Source: an uncultured Candidatus Entotheonella sp. (lineage in GTDB: Bacteria; Tectomicrobia; Entotheonellia; Entotheonellales; Entotheonellaceae). From it: a DNA stretch of 64,000 nucleotides. Where the stretch lies: assembly GCA_965215335.1 (NCBI GenBank), contig CBDCDA010000001.1, positions 32,001 to 96,000 on the forward strand, in the 5' to 3' direction. A program made the position numbers and the translations under genes. Position 1 is the first letter of the stretch. Each line of letters begins with the position of its first letter. The notes under the pieces are model-generated. The model saw nothing but the letters and a program-made list of their open reading frames with translations. It was not told the DNA's origin and made no database searches. This document shows positions 38,513 through 48,908 of this stretch, one piece after another.

Positions 38513-40204
38513 TTACCCTCTGCGTTCATCCAGCACTCCACGCTGACGCAGCAGGTCAGTCAATTGCTCGTAGCTGATGCCGTACTTCGCGGCAATCTCG
38601 CGGGCATGGCTGCGCCCCATCGGCGGCCCCGGCAGAATCTTGTACGACCGCTGATCGCCATCCTCCCCGCCGTGCAGGCGCGACGCCACCAGACTCACCA
38701 ACCCGCTGTCGCCTTCGGTTTCGGCATTGAGTTGCGGCACGGCGGCGGCGAGTTCGTGCAAGTGGGTGGCGAAGATGGCGCGCGTGCCCATGCGGCGCAG
38801 GATGCGGCTGATGTCCTGCGCCAGGTAGACGCTCTCACCAGGGCTGGTGCTGGCCAGCGATTCGTTCAGCAGAATCAGGCTGTGCGGCGTGGCGCGCTTG
38901 AAAATCTGGCTCAGGCGTTGCGCTTCGTCGCCGAACCGCCCCGTGGCCTTGGCCAGGCTTTCCTCGATCGGGTAGTGGGTGAAGATGTTGTCGACCGGGC
39001 TGATGCGCGCCTCCGTCGCCGACAGCCACAGGCCGGCCTGCGCGAGGATCTGGCACAGGCCGACCATCTGCGTGTAGGTCGTCTTGCCGCCCTGATTGGG
39101 GCCGGTCAGGATCGTAATGCGACGGTCACGGTCCATGCAGACGTCGTTTCTGACAATACGATCCGTCCCATCCCTCTGCGCCACGCCATGCAACGCCAGA
39201 TTCAGGTTGTACGCCTCGCGCAGTTCGCCAACCCGCTCGTCCATCGGCGCGATGCCGGGCCGACACACCGGCAGCCCATGGTTCCGCAGCCGTTCCATGA
39301 GCCGCAGGGCGGCCAGATAAAACGTCATGTCGCCACTCAGGGTAGCCAGGAAACCGCTCTGCACGGTGACGTAGCGGCGCAGGACGCGGGCAATCGGGCG
39401 GCAGACGGAATCCAGCACGCGAGCGAGATCGCTGAACAGCGGCACCATGAGCGGATTGACGTCCTGACGACTGCCCGCCAGGCCCGGGATGCCAGGGCCG
39501 GGATCAAGTTCGGGCACGCTGTGCAGCGGGCCGATGCCCTTGAAAGCGTCACGTTCCCGGCCCAGGAGACGGTCGAGGAACGACGACGAGGTGAAGCGCC
39601 GGGCGTTGACCGACAGCAGCGTGGCCGCCACCGGCCGCAGATGGCTGTCCAGATTCACGCCGATGGTGACGCTGGCCTTGGTGCGCAGCGTGTCGAGCAT
39701 GTCCGGCAGCTCGCGCGTCAGGTTGCGGTAGACGGGACCGGCAGCGGTTTCGGCAATGAGGCCGCGCAGGGTGCGCCAACCCGCGGCCCGCACCCCCTCC
39801 CCCACGGCCTCGAACAGGTCGTTCAGGCCGCTGACGCAACTGACGAAATGATCGAGCTCGCCCAGGCGCCACGTGACGTCCTGAAAGGTGGAGCGTTTGC
39901 GGTCAAAGGAGGAGCGATACGATTCCAGGGCGCCGATGGTCGGCAGGAGGGCTTCCAGACCTTGACGGAACGCCGCATGATCCCACAGGTCTTCAATGAC
40001 GTCCTGGCGATAGGCAATGACGGTGGGATCGGTGCAGATGCGGGTGAGAATCTCCCGCACCTTGCCGCGTTCGATGCTGCTTCGCGTCAGCGCCGCAAGG
40101 GTCTGCTCCAACTCCAGATCGCGCACGCATTGGGCGTCCAGTTCGGCGTGGCAGCGTGCCACGCCGGTAGGCCATAGCAGGCTGAACGGTTGCGGGGTAT
40201 CCAT
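38513..40204 (-). CDS. MutS-related ATPase (domain V only, no mismatch-binding or Smr domain)
   Basis: ILTGPNQGGKTT Walker A, QILAQAG, GRFGDE, LILLNES Walker B variant, FATHLHEL. Confidence 0.85.
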   Translation of the reverse strand: MDTPQPFSLLWPTGVARCHAELDAQCVRDLELEQTLAALTRSSIERGKVREILTRICTDPTVIAYRQDVIEDLWDHAAFRQGLEALLPTIGALESYRSSFDRKRSTFQDVTWRLGELDHFVSCVSGLNDLFEAVGEGVRAAGWRTLRGLIAETAAGPVYRNLTRELPDMLDTLRTKASVTIGVNLDSHLRPVAATLLSVNARRFTSSSFLDRLLGRERDAFKGIGPLHSVPELDPGPGIPGLAGSRQDVNPLMVPLFSDLARVLDSVCRPIARVLRRYVTVQSGFLATLSGDMTFYLAALRLMERLRNHGLPVCRPGIAPMDERVGELREAYNLNLALHGVAQRDGTDRIVRNDVCMDRDRRITILTGPNQGGKTTYTQMVGLCQILAQAGLWLSATEARISPVDNIFTHYPIEESLAKATGRFGDEAQRLSQIFKRATPHSLILLNESLASTSPGESVYLAQDISRILRRMGTRAIFATHLHELAAAVPQLNAETEGDSGLVSLVASRLHGGEDGDQRSYKILPGPPMGRSHAREIAAKYGISYEQLTDLLRQRGVLDERRG

Positions 40205-40306
40205 GGCTCTCCGTGGATCAGCGAACGGGCGGTGCGCCGCTCAGGGCTCTGGCGACGGCATCGGGGTCCTGTCACCGCGACAGCTCCCAGGCATGACAGA
40301 GACGGC

Positions 40307-41419
40307 TCACGTCATCAGGGCACGGATTTGGTCGTTCCATGCCACTTTCAGAGCCGACGGAACGGTACGTTCGCGCAAGAGGGCCAGAACCGCCTCGGTA
40401 AAAATCCTCCTGCAACGTGGCCCTATGGTAAACAGGGTCGTCATTACCCAGTCTTTCACCGGTACGAAATTGATCTCATGTCCTTGGGCGAAGAATTGCT
40501 TCGCCGCTTCGTGCGCGTCATCCCTTGGGGCAGCACCTGAAAAGAAAAAGAGATAGTCATCAATTCCATGCGGGGCGATCTTCGTGTTGAAGGTAGAAAC
40601 GACACGTGAACGGTCGATCAACCTTTCGGTAATTTCTATCGCCAGTACAATCGAAGCATCCCTCTTGATCGTGATATCGCCCCCAACACCGGAAGCCCGA
40701 TCCGCAACGTTTATACCCTGCCATTCGATTTCCCAATCCAGTTCAAAGCAATCCCGAATCGTTTGGAACATGGCCACGGCGAGAAGAACGGGCATAAGTC
40801 CACCACTCTGAACCTGCAACAAATTCCCTATCAGCACGTCATATTGTCCCAGACTCAATCGTTGGATTACCAGAAGGGAAATCGTCGCCTCGTCTCTCAG
40901 GGCTACGAAATGATAGAGCAGGTATCGCAGCAGACTTCTTTTCTCCGAGGATTCCCGGGCGCTTTCAAGGGCATCCACAACTACCAGAAAAGCATCATAT
41001 CCCGCCTGATCCCGGAGACCGTTGCGAGTTTCAGGAATCAACTTCACACTGCGCCTGAATGTTGCGAGGTAAGGTCCTCGGGAAGCTGGGACCAACCTGT
41101 CTTGCAAGAAAGGATTCACGACTCGTTCGTCAAGTGTGCGTCCATTGAAGGCATCGTCCCCATGGTTCATGTACGGATGACGCAGGTTAATTGCAGGATT
41201 GAGATTGCATGCCAAGGCGCAACCGAGAAGCGCTTCCCGGTACGACCGAGTCTGTGAAGAGAAGAGGATTTCCGCAGATGTCTGAATATCGGGAGGAACC
41301 ACGGGCGGCGTTCGATGGCGAAAATCCGCCTCCACTTCTTCAAAAACCTCTGCCAGTAATTGTCGGGCACTTTCGTAATCAATGGCTCCAGTGCGCTGTA
41401 GTCTTGTTCTACGATCCAT
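40307..41419 (-). CDS. Putative type II restriction endonuclease, SacI-like family
   Basis: FNGRTLDERVVNPFL and INVADRASGVGGDI...AIEIT PD-(D/E)xK-like core. Starts 3 bp after the methylase stop. Lower GC than flanks. Confidence 0.7.
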   Translation of the reverse strand: MDRRTRLQRTGAIDYESARQLLAEVFEEVEADFRHRTPPVVPPDIQTSAEILFSSQTRSYREALLGCALACNLNPAINLRHPYMNHGDDAFNGRTLDERVVNPFLQDRLVPASRGPYLATFRRSVKLIPETRNGLRDQAGYDAFLVVVDALESARESSEKRSLLRYLLYHFVALRDEATISLLVIQRLSLGQYDVLIGNLLQVQSGGLMPVLLAVAMFQTIRDCFELDWEIEWQGINVADRASGVGGDITIKRDASIVLAIEITERLIDRSRVVSTFNTKIAPHGIDDYLFFFSGAAPRDDAHEAAKQFFAQGHEINFVPVKDWVMTTLFTIGPRCRRIFTEAVLALLRERTVPSALKVAWNDQIRALMT

Positions 41420-41422
41420 GAT

Positions 41423-42373
41423 TCAATAATTCATCCACAGACATTCTTGTCTCGGTTTCTTGATGGAGTGACAGGTCTTCACAGGGCTATCAAATCGTCT
41501 CCATCCTTTGTAGAGTTCGTCCATTAATTCGTACTGATACCCCGAGACGGCTACCTTGCCGCGGCAGTCTCTCAGGACCTCGGCGAGTTCTCTGTGTTCC
41601 ACTTCTTCCATTTCAAACTGATAAGCTTTGCTGTCACCACGAGTTGCATGAAGGTAAGGCGGATCACAATAAAAAAGGGTTGTGGGATCATCATAGAGTT
41701 GAACAACTTGGGTAGCGGGTCGATTTTCGATCTGCACCCTGAGCAATCTTTCTCCAATGTCATCCAGAGACGCGACCCCGCCAAACCAGCGAGAGATCAC
41801 ACCAGACATTCCCGCCCGGCTCGTGTTCCTGCAATTCGCCCACCTCCCCAGGGTGGCGGTTTGCGCAAGTCCTGTTCTCGCCTGCCGAGCTCTCACATAG
41901 AACCGTCGGGCCCGTTCCAGTTTGGACATGCCCCTTCTGCTCCCATGAATGGCTCTGTAGAACTCTTCCCGCGAGAACGGCGTCAGGGCAATTGCTCGAA
42001 TGAGACGATCGGAGTCGTCCCTCAAGACGGAGAAAAAATTCACCAGTTCACCGTCAATGTCGTTGTAGGTCTCTACAGAAGAGGGATCCCGATTCAGCAA
42101 GACGGCCGCCGAGCCGGCGAAGGGTTCACAATAATGATGGCTTTCAGGAAGCAGGGGTAAGAGCCATTCCAGATGACTGAATTTCCCACCATACCAGCCA
42201 AAGACAATTCGGCGTCCTTTACGGCGCGGGGCCGGAATTGAACTGTCTGTTGTCTGATTTTCTCCATTCAAATAGATTGGCGAGGGTTTTCTTTTCCCAT
42301 TGAGCCCACTGCCATTCGACAGTTCGAGGCATAATTGCACACGGCTCTTTTTGTCCACTTTCGCCTCTTCCAT
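41423..42373 (-). CDS. DNA adenine methyltransferase (Dam/D12 class)
   Basis: WYGGK, YCEPFAGSAAV, YNDID, FYCDPPY. Confidence 0.92.
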   Translation of the reverse strand: MEEAKVDKKSRVQLCLELSNGSGLNGKRKPSPIYLNGENQTTDSSIPAPRRKGRRIVFGWYGGKFSHLEWLLPLLPESHHYCEPFAGSAAVLLNRDPSSVETYNDIDGELVNFFSVLRDDSDRLIRAIALTPFSREEFYRAIHGSRRGMSKLERARRFYVRARQARTGLAQTATLGRWANCRNTSRAGMSGVISRWFGGVASLDDIGERLLRVQIENRPATQVVQLYDDPTTLFYCDPPYLHATRGDSKAYQFEMEEVEHRELAEVLRDCRGKVAVSGYQYELMDELYKGWRRFDSPVKTCHSIKKPRQECLWMNY

Positions 42374-42459
42374 GGACCTTTTTCGCCCCCATTAAAATTG
42401 AAAAGAATCCGCCCGAGTCACTCTGACGGAAAGCCTGCCCCGTACTTTGATACAGGATC

Positions 42460-42515
42460 GCTGGATTCCAGCATGCGATTGTACCATCCTTCGATAAACT
42501 CGAAGAAAGCACCGC
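42460..42515 (-). mobile_element. Very short IS3-family transposase remnant
   Basis: Translates as FFEFIEGWYNR, resembling the IS3 integrase C-terminal motif. Confidence 0.35.
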
Positions 42516-42525
42516 TATAGGCAGG

Positions 42526-43566
42526 TTAAAATGCGTTCACCCTGTCGATGCCCTGACCGGCGTGCCCGAAAGCCTGCGCCAGGAGTTCGTAGCTGCGTCG
42601 GCGCACGGTCTCGTCGTAGGTCCAGGTGACGACCGCGACTTCCTGCACGCCGAGGTCGGCGGCGAGCTCGCGGATACGAGCCGCCACGTGCTCCTTGGTG
42701 CCCACCAGCGATTCGCGGCGCAGTTGTTCCACCCGCTTCGCCTCGGCGGGGCTCAGCGGTTGCACGGCGGCCACGCCGGGCGCTTCAAACGGCAGAAACA
42801 CGCCGCGGTCGCGTGACAGGCGCCAGATAGCCCGCGAGGTGAAGTGATACTGCGCCTCTTCCTCGCTGTCGGCGGCCAGCGCCCACACGCAGATGCCGGC
42901 GTGCGGATGCGGGTGCCGCTCGCTGGGTCGATAGGCCCCCTGATAAATCCGTAGCGCCTGCCGGGCGCCCTGGCCGTCGGTGAAGAACCAGGCGAAGCAG
43001 TACGGCAGGCCGAAATGCGCTGCTACTTGCGCACCATAGGTCGAGCTGCCGAGAATCCACGTCTCCGGCACGGTATCGCTCATCGGGTGCGCCTTGACGG
43101 CGGCGAACGGATGGCCGTCCGCCAGCGGCACGCCGCTCACCCAGGCCAGCAGGTCGCGCACGTCGGCGGGGAATTGTGCCGGGCGCTCATTCGCCAGCGG
43201 GTGCAGGGCAAAGGCCGTCAGGCCGTCCGAGCCGGGGGCGCGTCCCAACCCCAGGTCGATGCGCCCGGGTGCCAGGGCGTCGAGCACGCGGAACTGCTCG
43301 GCGACCTTGAACGGCGCGTAGTGCGGCAACATGATTCCGGCGCTGCCGACACGGATGCGTGACGTGGTGGCGGCAATGGCGCTGATCAGGATTTCCGGCG
43401 CCGTGCCGAGAATGGTCGGGTGGTTGTGGTGTTCGGACACCCAGAAGCGCGCATAGCCCAACCGTTCACAGTGCTGCGCCAGCGTCACGGTGTTGCGGAT
43501 GGCGACATGGGCGGGTTGACCAGCGGCGGCGATGGTCTGATCAAGAACGGAAAGAGGCTGCACCAT
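42526..43566 (-). CDS. LLM-class flavin-dependent oxidoreductase
   Basis: LSVLDQ, FWVSEHH, IRVGSAGIMLPHY, GRIDLGLGRAPG. Confidence 0.92.
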   Translation of the reverse strand: MVQPLSVLDQTIAAAGQPAHVAIRNTVTLAQHCERLGYARFWVSEHHNHPTILGTAPEILISAIAATTSRIRVGSAGIMLPHYAPFKVAEQFRVLDALAPGRIDLGLGRAPGSDGLTAFALHPLANERPAQFPADVRDLLAWVSGVPLADGHPFAAVKAHPMSDTVPETWILGSSTYGAQVAAHFGLPYCFAWFFTDGQGARQALRIYQGAYRPSERHPHPHAGICVWALAADSEEEAQYHFTSRAIWRLSRDRGVFLPFEAPGVAAVQPLSPAEAKRVEQLRRESLVGTKEHVAARIRELAADLGVQEVAVVTWTYDETVRRRSYELLAQAFGHAGQGIDRVNAF

Positions 43567-43575
43567 GCGGCTCTC

Positions 43576-44985
43576 TCAGCCGGCCAGCTGGCGCACGTCG
43601 GTGAGACGACCCGTGACCGCGGCGGCGGCGGCCATCGCCGGGCTGACGAGATGGGTGCGGGCGTCACGGCCCTGGCGACCCTCGAAGTTGCGGTTCGAGG
43701 TGGAAGCACAGCGCTTGCCGGGTGGCACACGATCGGGGTTCATGCCCAGGCACATGGAACAGCCGGATTCGCGCCACTGGAAGCCGGCGGCGATGAAGAC
43801 CCGGTCCAGCCCCTCGGCCTCGGCCTGCTGTTTGATCAGCGACGACCCCGGCGACACCATCGCATCCACGTGGGTGGCAACCCGGCGGCCGCGCAGGATG
43901 TCGGCGGCGGCGCGCAGATCCTCGATGCGGCTGTTGGTGCACGAGCCGATGAAGACGTTGTCGATGGTCACGTCGGTCATCCGGGTGCCCGGCGTCAGTC
44001 CCATGTAGTCGAGCGAGCGGCGCATGGCGGCGCGCTTGGCTTCCGTGGGCGCCTCCTGCGGGTCGGGCACCACGCCGGTAATCGGCACCACGTCCTCGGG
44101 ACTGGTGCCCCAGGTCACCTGCGGGGCGATGTCCGCCGCGTCGATCCGCACCTCCCGGTCATACACGGCCCCGTCGTCGGATGTGAGCGTCCGCCAATAA
44201 GCCACCGCGGCGTCCCATTGGACGCCGCGCGGCGCCATGGGACGGCCCTTGAGGTAGGCGAAGGTCTTGTCGTCGGGCGCCACCAGACCGGCGCGAGCGC
44301 CGGCTTCAATGGTCATGTTGCTGACGGTCATGCGGCCTTCCATGGACAGGTCGCGAAAGGCGCATCCGACGTATTCGACGATATGGCCGGTGCCGCCGGC
44401 GGTGCCGATGCGTCCGATAATGGTCAGGACGAGGTCCTTGCCGGTGCAGCCCGGCGGCAGTGGGTCGTCGACCAGCACCCGCATGTTCCTGGGCTTGGAG
44501 GTGCGTAGCGTTTGCGTGGCCAGTACGTGCTCGCCCTCGGAGGTGCCGATGCCGAACGCCAGCGCCCCGAAGGCGCCGTGCGTGGCGGTATGGCTGTCGC
44601 AGCACACCACCGTGGTGCCCGGCAGGGTGAATCCCTGCTCCGGCCCGATGACGTGCACGATGCCCTGGCGTGGGTCCAGCATGTCGAAGATCGGCACGCC
44701 GAATTCCTTGCAGTTGGTGCTCAGGGTCTCGACCTGCAGGCGCGATTCCGGGTCCTCAATGCCTTGCCGTCGGTCGGTGGTGGGAACGTTGTGGTCGGCC
44801 ACGGCCAGGGTCGCATCGCGCCGCCGTACCTGGCGCCCAGCCAGCCGCAGACCCTCGAAGGCTTGTGGCGACAGCACTTCGTGCAGCAGATGGCGGTCGA
44901 TGTACAGGATTGTCGTGCCGTCGTCCTGCACGTCCACGACATGGCTCTGCCAGATTTTATCGAACAAGGTCTGTGGGCTCGCCAC
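43576..44985 (-). CDS. leuC: 3-isopropylmalate dehydratase large subunit (proteobacterial type)
   Basis: [58 protein letters not shown]. Confidence 0.93.
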   Translation of the reverse strand: MASPQTLFDKIWQSHVVDVQDDGTTILYIDRHLLHEVLSPQAFEGLRLAGRQVRRRDATLAVADHNVPTTDRRQGIEDPESRLQVETLSTNCKEFGVPIFDMLDPRQGIVHVIGPEQGFTLPGTTVVCCDSHTATHGAFGALAFGIGTSEGEHVLATQTLRTSKPRNMRVLVDDPLPPGCTGKDLVLTIIGRIGTAGGTGHIVEYVGCAFRDLSMEGRMTVSNMTIEAGARAGLVAPDDKTFAYLKGRPMAPRGVQWDAAVAYWRTLTSDDGAVYDREVRIDAADIAPQVTWGTSPEDVVPITGVVPDPQEAPTEAKRAAMRRSLDYMGLTPGTRMTDVTIDNVFIGSCTNSRIEDLRAAADILRGRRVATHVDAMVSPGSSLIKQQAEAEGLDRVFIAAGFQWRESGCSMCLGMNPDRVPPGKRCASTSNRNFEGRQGRDARTHLVSPAMAAAAAVTGRLTDVRQLAG

Positions 44986-45026
44986 AGCGTCTCTCCTTCA
45001 CTCGCCACGCTCGTGCGAATTTGTTT

Positions 45027-45671
45027 TTACGCTCGACTGACGCTCGCTGTGGGCCCGGCCGGGGCGTACAGCCAGGGCTGCTGTTGTCTCTGCACCGCCT
45101 CGAAGGCGTCGATCTTGTCGGCTTTCTGCAGCGTCAGGCCGATGTCGTCGAGGCCGTTCAACAGGCAGTCACGCCGGAAGTCGTCGATCTCGAAGGTTAT
45201 CTGCTCGCCATTGGGCCGGGTGATTTTCAGGGCTTCGAGATCCACCGTCAGCCGGGGGTTTTCCGGGTCGTCGGCGTCGTTCAGCAACAGGCGCCAGTCG
45301 TCCTTGCCAACGGTGACGGGCAGGATGCCGTTCTTGAAGCAATTGTTGTAGAAGATGTCGGCAAAGCTGGTGGAGATGATGCAGCGGATGCCGAAGTCGA
45401 GCAGCGCCCAAGGGGCGTGCTCGCGCGACGACCCGCAGCCGAAATTGTCCCCGGCGACGAGGATGCCGGCCCGGCGGTACGGCTCGCGATTGAGCACGAA
45501 GTCCGGCTTTTCGCTGCCATCGGCGTTGAAGCGCAACTCGTCGAAGACCACCTTGCCGAGGCCCGTCCGCTTGATGGTGCGCAGGTGCAGCTTAGGGATG
45601 ATCTGGTCGGTGTCGATGTTCATCATGTCCATGGGCGTCGCAATGCCGCTCAGGGTCGTGAATTTTTCCAT
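45027..45671 (-). CDS. leuD: 3-isopropylmalate dehydratase small subunit (proteobacterial type)
   Basis: [42 protein letters not shown]. Confidence 0.93.
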   Translation of the reverse strand: MEKFTTLSGIATPMDMMNIDTDQIIPKLHLRTIKRTGLGKVVFDELRFNADGSEKPDFVLNREPYRRAGILVAGDNFGCGSSREHAPWALLDFGIRCIISTSFADIFYNNCFKNGILPVTVGKDDWRLLLNDADDPENPRLTVDLEALKITRPNGEQITFEIDDFRRDCLLNGLDDIGLTLQKADKIDAFEAVQRQQQPWLYAPAGPTASVSRA

Positions 45672-45730
45672 AGTGTGGGTCCTTCGGTGCGTGGCGTGGA
45701 TGAAGTGAGTGGGCATTATTAGGACATTTT

Positions 45731-46069
45731 TCAGTCGGCGTCCAGCAGGCGGGCTTGGGGTTGGGAACTGACATACACGATACCACCCTCGACGCGAACT
45801 CGATAGGTGGGCACATCGGTAGCGACCGGGCCGCTGATCAATTCTCCGGTGCGGACGTCAAAGCAGGCGAAGTGCAACGGGCATTCGACACCGTAGCCGT
45901 CCAGACGGCCGCGCGACAGCGGCGCGCGCAGGTGGCCGCATACGTCACTGAGAGCGTAAAACGTTCCCTTGACATTGGCCAGCAGCACCCGTTGCCGCTC
46001 TACGGCGACCCAAGTCATGCTACCGGGAGACAGATCAACGGCTTTACAGACGGGGACAAACTCGGTCAT
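45731..46069 (-). CDS. Rieske [2Fe-2S] ferredoxin
   Basis: CGH...CPLH motif, FDVRTG. Confidence 0.9.
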   Translation of the reverse strand: MTEFVPVCKAVDLSPGSMTWVAVERQRVLLANVKGTFYALSDVCGHLRAPLSRGRLDGYGVECPLHFACFDVRTGELISGPVATDVPTYRVRVEGGIVYVSSQPQARLLDAD

Positions 46070-46077
46070 AAGAACTA

Positions 46078-46601
46078 GGCTCAGGACCTATAAAGGGTCA
46101 TCATTGAACATATCGGATTCAAGGCTCTGACTCCATGGGGAGGCTCACCATGCCCCGATCATCACTTCTGGCTCTCCGATGCGCAGTTTGCCCGACTCCA
46201 ACCCCTGCTGCCCAACAAGGTGCGCGGCGTCCCACGCGTCGATGACCGAAAGGTCATCAGCGGCATCATCCACGTCATCCGCCATGGTCTCATGTGGCGC
46301 GATGCACCAGCCTGCTACGGTCCCCACAAGACCCTCTACAACCGCTTCGTGCGCTGGAGCCAGGCCGGGGTGTTCGACCGTATCTTCCAGACCCTGGCCT
46401 CAGAAAGCACCGAGACCGAAACCGTGATGATCGACAGCACCCATATCAAGGCGCATCGCACCGCTGCCAGCCTGCTGAAAAAGGGGCTTTTCCGCGTCAG
46501 ATCGGGGCGCACCCGAGGCGGTCTGAACTCCAAGCTCCATGCGGTCTGTGACGGCGATGGCAAGCCCATCGTGCTGTTGTTGACGGCGGGCCAGGTCAGC
46601 C
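46078..46601 (+). mobile_element. Truncated IS5-family (IS427-like) element
   Basis: Left end ggctcaggaccta, RGVPRVDDRKVISGI, MIDSTHIKAHR, AAAAAGGGG shift site. Similarity to the 51334 copy ends near 46601. Confidence 0.85.
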
Positions 46602-46656
46602 GACTATCTGCACGGAACGTCACGCTTCCATGCGATTCCCCCAACCCCAATTGTTC

Positions 46657-47220
46657 TCACGGCTCTGCCATCGTTTCAGCAGGTGGCGGTGCCCCCTCAA
46701 AATAAGCAAGCGCGCCAGGATGCATGGGAATGGCCGGAGACCCTACGCCTGCTGTGGCGGCCTGTGGCAACTCGTCGCGGCGCAGGTCCAGGGTTCTGGT
46801 CACGGCGTAGGCGTGACGGGCGGGGAAGTCGTCGCGGCAAACCAGCAGGTAGCCGTCGAGGATGACGAGGGTGCGCAAGGCGACAGGTCCATACGCCTCG
46901 AACGGCGGCAGGCCGGCGGCCAGTGCAGCCGCGTCGGGCGGCGACATCAGGGCCACGTCGAGTTGTTTGCTGCTGATGAGGCTGGCGATACGTTCGGTGT
47001 GCGGCGCGCGCGTCACCCTGGCCTTGCTGGCGGGCAGGTGGGCAGCCAGGACGGCGGCGACCCGCTTACCCAAGGGATAGGAGGGCGGATCGCTGCGGTC
47101 GGTGAGAATCAGCAGGTGCCGCTGCCGGTAGACCATCCACTGGCGGTAGGGCGTGTGACCGCTGTTCACGAGCCCCAGCGCGCCGATGAGCACGGCATGC
47201 AGAAACCGTCTTCGCCTCAT
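46657..47220 (-). CDS. Exported hypothetical protein, TAXI/periplasmic-binding-like
   Basis: MRRRRFL leader, GHTPYRQW, LDVAL, IPMHPGALAYF (TAXI-like C-terminal motif). Confidence 0.6.
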   Translation of the reverse strand: MRRRRFLHAVLIGALGLVNSGHTPYRQWMVYRQRHLLILTDRSDPPSYPLGKRVAAVLAAHLPASKARVTRAPHTERIASLISSKQLDVALMSPPDAAALAAGLPPFEAYGPVALRTLVILDGYLLVCRDDFPARHAYAVTRTLDLRRDELPQAATAGVGSPAIPMHPGALAYFEGAPPPAETMAEP

Positions 47221-47315
47221 GTCGCCTCACAAACGGCGCGGACCGGGCGGGAGGGCTGACCCCCGCACCCGGCCCCGCGTTGGCGGACCGCACGGCAGGA
47301 CGTGCGGATCTGGAT

Positions 47316-48572
47316 TTACTTGAAGATGTCCAGCGGCAGGATGGCCGACACCGTATAATTCGGCACGTCAACCAGCTGGCCGATGCGCAGATCGACGGCC
47401 ACGCTGGCGATGACGTATGCCTGCTGCGCCGTGAAGCCCTTCGCTTCGACCATGTAGTCGATGATTTCGAGCAGGGCGTTGCGCGCCGCCAGTGTCAGGT
47501 TCTCCGACAGGTTGCTCAGCGAGGCAATCTTCTGGCTGTCGAGGTAGGTCTCGTAGATCGGCACCTCGCCGGCGGCCTTGATTGGAATGCCGGTGGTAGC
47601 ATAGAACGAGGAAGGCTCGATGGCCTTGAGCTGCGCGCCGCCCTCGTAGTGCGGCATCGACACGCTAGCGACCATGCCTTTGCGGATTTCCGTGACCACG
47701 GTCACGCGGGCGCCCATTTCAATGGCGGTTCCGGACACCTCGCCGTCGCCCTGCGCGTAATGCACGTCACCGACGAACAGGCCGCAGCCATCCACGAAAC
47801 ACGGCAGCAGGAGCGTGGTGCCGACCTGAATCTGCTTGATGTCCATGTTGCCGCCGTTCTCGCGCGGCGGTATGGTGCGCAGGCAGGTGTCCTTGTGCGC
47901 TCCCTCCGGGCCACAGACGTCCGCTGGCAGGGCACCGGTCGGCTGCGGCATCAGCGCGATGCCGCCGGCTGCGGCGAGCTCGCCCTCGCGCGCCAGGATG
48001 GTCTGGATTTCGGGCTCACCGGGCAGCACGCCGACCGAGCCCATGAAGCCGTTGAACGGTACGGCCACGCCGGGAATTTGATCTGAAGTCGCTTCCAGGC
48101 GGGTCAGGCGCCAGTTGGCGATGAACGGGTCGGGAAATTTGTCGCGCAGGAACCCGAAGCCGGGCACGATGAGCGTGTAGCCGTACTGGTCGGGCTCGAT
48201 GTCCACCAGCGTCACCGCCAGCACGTCGCCGCGTTCGGCGCCTTCGATGTAGGCGGGGCCGGTCATGGGATGGACGAGGTTCAGGTCGAGCGCCGCCAGG
48301 TCGTCGGCGGTGGATTCAAAATTCAGGTCGCTGTCCAGGGCGTCCCGCGTTGCAAAAACGATCTGCTGGCCCGGCTTGGCCCGAGCCGCCGGTTGGATGG
48401 CCGGATGGTAGCGGTTGAAGCAGTTGGGGTCGTCCTGGCAGTGAGCGCCGCTCTTCTCGATCACCACCGTGGACAAGGTCTGAACGTCCGTCGTATCGCC
48501 CAGGACCGGACCGGCGCTCAGCAACACGACCAGCGCCAGCACCCCGCACACTATCGAACCCGTTCGTATCAT
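47316..48572 (-). CDS. Acetamidase/formamidase-family protein with signal peptide
   Basis: HPMTGP, PPRENGGNMDIK, GDVHYAQGDGEVSGTAIE. Hydrophobic N-terminal leader. Confidence 0.9.
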   Translation of the reverse strand: MIRTGSIVCGVLALVVLLSAGPVLGDTTDVQTLSTVVIEKSGAHCQDDPNCFNRYHPAIQPAARAKPGQQIVFATRDALDSDLNFESTADDLAALDLNLVHPMTGPAYIEGAERGDVLAVTLVDIEPDQYGYTLIVPGFGFLRDKFPDPFIANWRLTRLEATSDQIPGVAVPFNGFMGSVGVLPGEPEIQTILAREGELAAAGGIALMPQPTGALPADVCGPEGAHKDTCLRTIPPRENGGNMDIKQIQVGTTLLLPCFVDGCGLFVGDVHYAQGDGEVSGTAIEMGARVTVVTEIRKGMVASVSMPHYEGGAQLKAIEPSSFYATTGIPIKAAGEVPIYETYLDSQKIASLSNLSENLTLAARNALLEIIDYMVEAKGFTAQQAYVIASVAVDLRIGQLVDVPNYTVSAILPLDIFK

Positions 48573-48740
48573 GTCGCCTTCCTCCTCGTTGCCGCATGGC
48601 CCGCGCCGGACCGTACGGCGTGGATTCTCGCCTCGGCTGTGGAGCCCATGCTACGTGGAAAGCCCGTTACTATGCAGGCGGAGCCTCGCCGGGTCAAGCG
48701 AAAAGCCGGGCGGCAATTCGGTCGTTCTCACCCCGGATTC

Positions 48741-48780
48741 CCCCCTCACCCCAACCCTCTCCCGCCGTGGGGAGAAGGAG
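48741..48780. repeat. REP-like short palindromic element
   Basis: ccctcaccccaaccctctccc...ggggagaagg, a widespread intergenic repeat type. Confidence 0.55.
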
Positions 48781-48908
48781 TAGCAGTTCCGCTGGCGCAA
48801 ATGGAACTCATCCGATAGCCTAAACCCGATGTCGGGGTCCGGAGCTCGGGGCGTGGGCGCCGGTGAGAAACATTCATCACAGGTAACGTAGCGAAGGAGA
48901 CGTGAGAG

